From IMG/VR virus record IMGVR_UViG_3300042887_000633: 35,025 nt of DNA; one strand, given 5' to 3'. Positions 32,718 through 35,025 of the stretch are shown here, in pieces. Position numbers and translations under genes: made by a program. The notes below the pieces were generated by a model. The model saw only the letters and a program-made list of their open reading frames with translations. It was not told the origin of the DNA and did not search any database. The stretch's first letter is position 1; each line of letters opens with the position of its first letter. The DNA comes from a virus.

Positions 32718-32918
32718 ATGAAATCCTACACTCAAGCTCGTTTCGACCAACTTATTAAGGACGGAAAAATTGAAGCCGTGAACGACCGCACATCTAGCGG
32801 GTATCAAGAGATACTATGGTTCAAAGCTCAACGGTCGCGCAGTCCGCACTGGCGCTTAGATACCGTCAGCGTTCGCGCAACTCGGCGCGAGACAGTGCGT
32901 ATCGAAGCATTAGCATAA
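32718..32918 (+). CDS. Hypothetical protein
   Basis: 66 aa (MKSYTQARFDQLIKDGKIEAV...), starting 1 nt after the previous stop. Confidence 0.45.
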   Translation: MKSYTQARFDQLIKDGKIEAVNDRTSSGYQEILWFKAQRSRSPHWRLDTVSVRATRRETVRIEALA

Positions 32919-32937
32919 AAACTAACAACCTCCTAAC

Positions 32938-33321
32938 ATGAAATCCATTCTACTATTCACGGCGCTCGTGATCACGTCGCACGCCGCGCCTCCTCCATCC
33001 TTCTTCGCCGCGCTCCATCAAGTCGAGACAGGCGGGGCGCTCGGCGGGATAAAGGGAGACAAAGGTAAAGCCCTCGGCCCACTTCAGATTCACCGCGCTT
33101 ACCACGCAGACTCGCGGGTCGCTGGCGACTACTCGCGGTGCGCTGATCTGGAATACTCAAAGCGCGTCGTTACGTCTTACCTCAAACGCTACGCTCCCGC
33201 AGCGTGGGAGTCGGGGGACGTTGCGACGCTCGCACGAATTCACAACGGTGGCCCGAAAGGGAACATCAAACCAGCAACCAAATCCTACTCGCAAAAAGTC
33301 ATGCGGGTTCTAAAAAAATGA
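32938..33321 (+). CDS. Secreted lysozyme-like / lytic transglycosylase (candidate endolysin)
   Basis: 127 aa. It has an N-terminal signal-like peptide, MKSILLFTALVITSHAA. HQVETGG...GDKGKALGPLQI...LARIHNGGPKG...TKSYSQKV fits the SLT / GH23-like pattern, with the catalytic Glu in VETGG. Confidence 0.6.
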   Translation: MKSILLFTALVITSHAAPPPSFFAALHQVETGGALGGIKGDKGKALGPLQIHRAYHADSRVAGDYSRCADLEYSKRVVTSYLKRYAPAAWESGDVATLARIHNGGPKGNIKPATKSYSQKVMRVLKK

Positions 33322-33584
33322 TAACATCCAAACAAAATTCAGAGCATCGAGCTTTAACTTATTTTTTGATCGAGGAAGGTCTACCTATCCTGCGCGTTCA
33401 AAAGTATTTCTTAAAATATGACAAGGCACTTCGCGAATCTCGCGGACTAAATTGCATAGTAACTAATGCTTCGTGGCTACGCAGGAGAGGGATGAACTTA
33501 GAAATCCAAACCAAAACAAAATCAAAAGGTGCTGAGATTGTGGCGGGTGTTCTCATCAATGGTATTTCGCTTGAGGCTTGTTAA
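33318..33584 (+). CDS. Hypothetical protein
   Basis: ATG 33318 overlaps the upstream stop as ATGA. 88 aa (MITSKQNSEHRALTYFLIEEGLPILRVQKYF...). AT-rich. Confidence 0.45.
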   Translation: MITSKQNSEHRALTYFLIEEGLPILRVQKYFLKYDKALRESRGLNCIVTNASWLRRRGMNLEIQTKTKSKGAEIVAGVLINGISLEAC

Positions 33585-33588
33585 TTTT

Positions 33589-34035
33589 ATGACCGACGAA
33601 CAATATCAGACGCTCCTCAACGAGCTTAAATCAATCCGCGAGGCGCTCACCGCAACTCGCTCGACGACTCCGGCTCCTGCCGCATCGCGCACGCTCACAG
33701 GCAAGACAGGCGAGGACATTCCTCAACCTACTTTCGCGGTCGAGCAGCCCGAATTGGTCACGGTTCACTTTGGCAAAAATGCTGGGGTAGAGATCGGCAA
33801 GCTCTCCGAGAAATCACTCGGCTGGTATTGCCTAGAGCCAGAGCCTCGTATCGGGAACAATGGCAAACCATTTCCTCCGCGTGAGGCAGACGTCAATCTC
33901 CGAAACGCTGCGCGACTCCTGTGGCACGAACGTCGCGGGACGCTCACGGCTAACTTGTTTGGCTCTCAGCCTAAACCTACCGCGCCGACTGAGGCACAGC
34001 TTGACGCGGAGTTCAACGAGTCGGTTCCGTTCTAA
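33589..34035 (+). CDS. Hypothetical protein with a DUF3820-like FGK..G motif
   Basis: ATG 33589. 148 aa. VHFGKNAGVEIGKLSEKSLGWYC resembles the FGKhKG...l.W motif of DUF3820-type domains. Confidence 0.4.
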   Translation: MTDEQYQTLLNELKSIREALTATRSTTPAPAASRTLTGKTGEDIPQPTFAVEQPELVTVHFGKNAGVEIGKLSEKSLGWYCLEPEPRIGNNGKPFPPREADVNLRNAARLLWHERRGTLTANLFGSQPKPTAPTEAQLDAEFNESVPF

Positions 34036-34044
34036 TAATTTAGT

Positions 34045-34082
34045 AAACAAAAAACCCTTGCGCCATATTTCAGACGCAAGGG
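34045..34082 (-). terminator. Perfect 8-bp hairpin whose U-tract lies on the minus strand
   Basis: CCCTTGCG (34055-34062) and CGCAAGGG (34075-34082) flank a 12-nt loop. On the + strand it is preceded by aaacaaaaaa, which reads TTTTTTGTTT after the stem on the minus strand. No T-run follows on the + strand. Confidence 0.4.
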
Positions 34083-34113
34083 AAACAACGAAAACAAATC
34101 AGGATCAACTAAC

Positions 34114-34788
34114 ATGAGTATCGTAGATGTTAAAAGTGAAACAGTAGATGTCGCAGCGGTTAAGCCGACTGCTCTTATCAAAGCTCCGATCGCCTTCGGC
34201 GGTCAGGGCGTTCAACTCGCCTCGCTTGACGAGGCTTACAGATTCGCGAACGCGGTGGTCGCTTCTGGCTTTGCACCGCGCGGCATGGAGAAACCTGAGA
34301 GCGTGCTGATCGCAATCCAGCTCGGCATGGAACTCGGAATGACTCCGATGTCTGCGCTTCAGAACACGGCGGTGATCAACGGTCGCCCAGCGATCTACGG
34401 TGACGCTGCTTTGGCTCTGGTTCGCGCCAGCGGTCAACTTGTAACCTACTCCGAGAAGGAGATCGGCGAGGCCGGTAAAGACTCGCAAGGCTGGACGGTG
34501 ACCGTTCAACGTAACGGCTTCGACGCCGCGAGCGAGACGTTCACGGTCGCCGATGCAAAGAGCGCAAAGCTCTGGGGCAAGTCTGGGCCGTGGACGGATT
34601 ACCCTAGAAGGATGTTAAAGTTCCGCGCACGCGGCTTCATCCTTCGCGATCAGTTCGGGGACATCCTCAAGGGTCTCCGCACGGTCGAGGAGGCTCGTGA
34701 CATCCCAGTCGAGCGCAACGTCACTCCGTTAAGCGAGAAGGTCGCTGGCGGTCTTAGCGCGGCGGTCAACGAGGAGGGCGCGAAATGA
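34114..34788 (+). CDS. recT: RecT-family single-strand annealing protein
   Basis: 224 aa. SVLIAIQLGMELGMTPMSALQNTAVINGRPAIYGDAALALV ... KLWGKSGPWTDYPRRMLKFRARGFILRD matches the RecT family pattern. Confidence 0.8.
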   Translation: MSIVDVKSETVDVAAVKPTALIKAPIAFGGQGVQLASLDEAYRFANAVVASGFAPRGMEKPESVLIAIQLGMELGMTPMSALQNTAVINGRPAIYGDAALALVRASGQLVTYSEKEIGEAGKDSQGWTVTVQRNGFDAASETFTVADAKSAKLWGKSGPWTDYPRRMLKFRARGFILRDQFGDILKGLRTVEEARDIPVERNVTPLSEKVAGGLSAAVNEEGAK

Positions 34789-35025
34789 AGAACGATAACG
34801 AAATCAAACGTGACGCAATTATCGACAGCACCATCGCGCAGGTTCGCGAACTGTTGGAGAAACACTTTCGCTCGATCTGCAAATCAGCGGAGGACTCCTT
34901 CATCGACGACGACACACTTGCCGAGCCGAAAGCAAAGGTCACGCTCGCCATCGAGTTCGACACGCTTTCATCTGCGCCGGAGATCAGCGTGAAGATCAGT
35001 TGGTCGGTGCGCTACAAGGACGAGA
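34785..35025 (+). CDS. 5' part of the junction-spanning hypothetical protein (ends at 192 after circular closure)
   Basis: ATG 34785 overlaps the recT stop as ATGA and stays open to the end of the window. It encodes MKNDNEIKRDAIIDSTIAQVRELLEKHFRSICKSAEDSFIDDDTLAEPKAKV... The ORF track misses it because there is no stop inside the window. Confidence 0.7.
   Translation, partial: MKNDNEIKRDAIIDSTIAQVRELLEKHFRSICKSAEDSFIDDDTLAEPKAKVTLAIEFDTLSSAPEISVKISWSVRYKDE
34899..35025. repeat. Terminal overlap copy 2, identical to 1-127
   Basis: Same 127-nt string as bases 1-127. It lies in frame inside an ORF that starts at 34785. Confidence 0.95.

Noticed and set aside
1-35025. Search for tRNA genes, CRISPR arrays, integrase/att sites and toxin-antitoxin pairs
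   Set aside because: I saw no cloverleaf-compatible sequence with a GTTCRANYC-like T-arm. I saw no array of short identical repeats with unique spacers. No tyrosine or serine recombinase motifs appeared in any ORF. The scan was done by eye only, so small or divergent elements could have been missed.

Overview
The window is a complete, circularly closed genome of a tailed dsDNA phage. Bases 1-127 are identical to 34899-35025, so the unique length is about 34,898 bp. I call about 45 protein genes, and all but one are on the + strand. Many are linked by ATGA, GTGA or TTGA start/stop overlaps.

Gene order from the contig junction:
- **Recombination and early genes:** RecT, a junction-spanning ORF, a PD-(D/E)XK exonuclease, RusA, and a putative replication organiser with iteron-like repeats inside its own gene.
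- **Accessory early genes:** these include a class-I SAM methyltransferase.
- **Packaging and head entry:** a cos-like non-coding region, then a lambda-like block of Nu1-like TerS, GpA-type TerL, a gpW-like connector and a lambda-family portal.
- **Insertion in the head module (7.6 kb):** a 1713-aa fibre with a C-terminal S74 chaperone domain, small membrane proteins, and the only minus-strand gene, an HTH-fused metallophosphoesterase.
- **Rest of the head module:** an HK97-type protease-scaffold fusion, a decoration protein and the major capsid protein.
- **After the capsid terminator:** two glycosyltransferase genes.
- **Tail module (siphovirus type):** connectors, tube, a G/GT chaperone pair with an A_AAA_AAC slippery site, tape measure, a lambda M/L/K/J-like (also RcGTA g12-g15-like) tip, and a signal-peptide lysozyme-like enzyme.

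I recognised no integrase, repressor, tRNA, CRISPR array or reverse transcriptase.

The observations most worth following up are:
- the antisense metallophosphoesterase and its palindromic divergent control region;
- the glycosyltransferase pair, possibly with the orphan methyltransferase, in the structural region;
- the interrupted head module with its giant mosaic fibre;
- the ori-like iterons and polypurine tract;
- the AT-rich moron island between terS and terL.

All functional calls rest on motif recognition by eye and on synteny. No database search was run.
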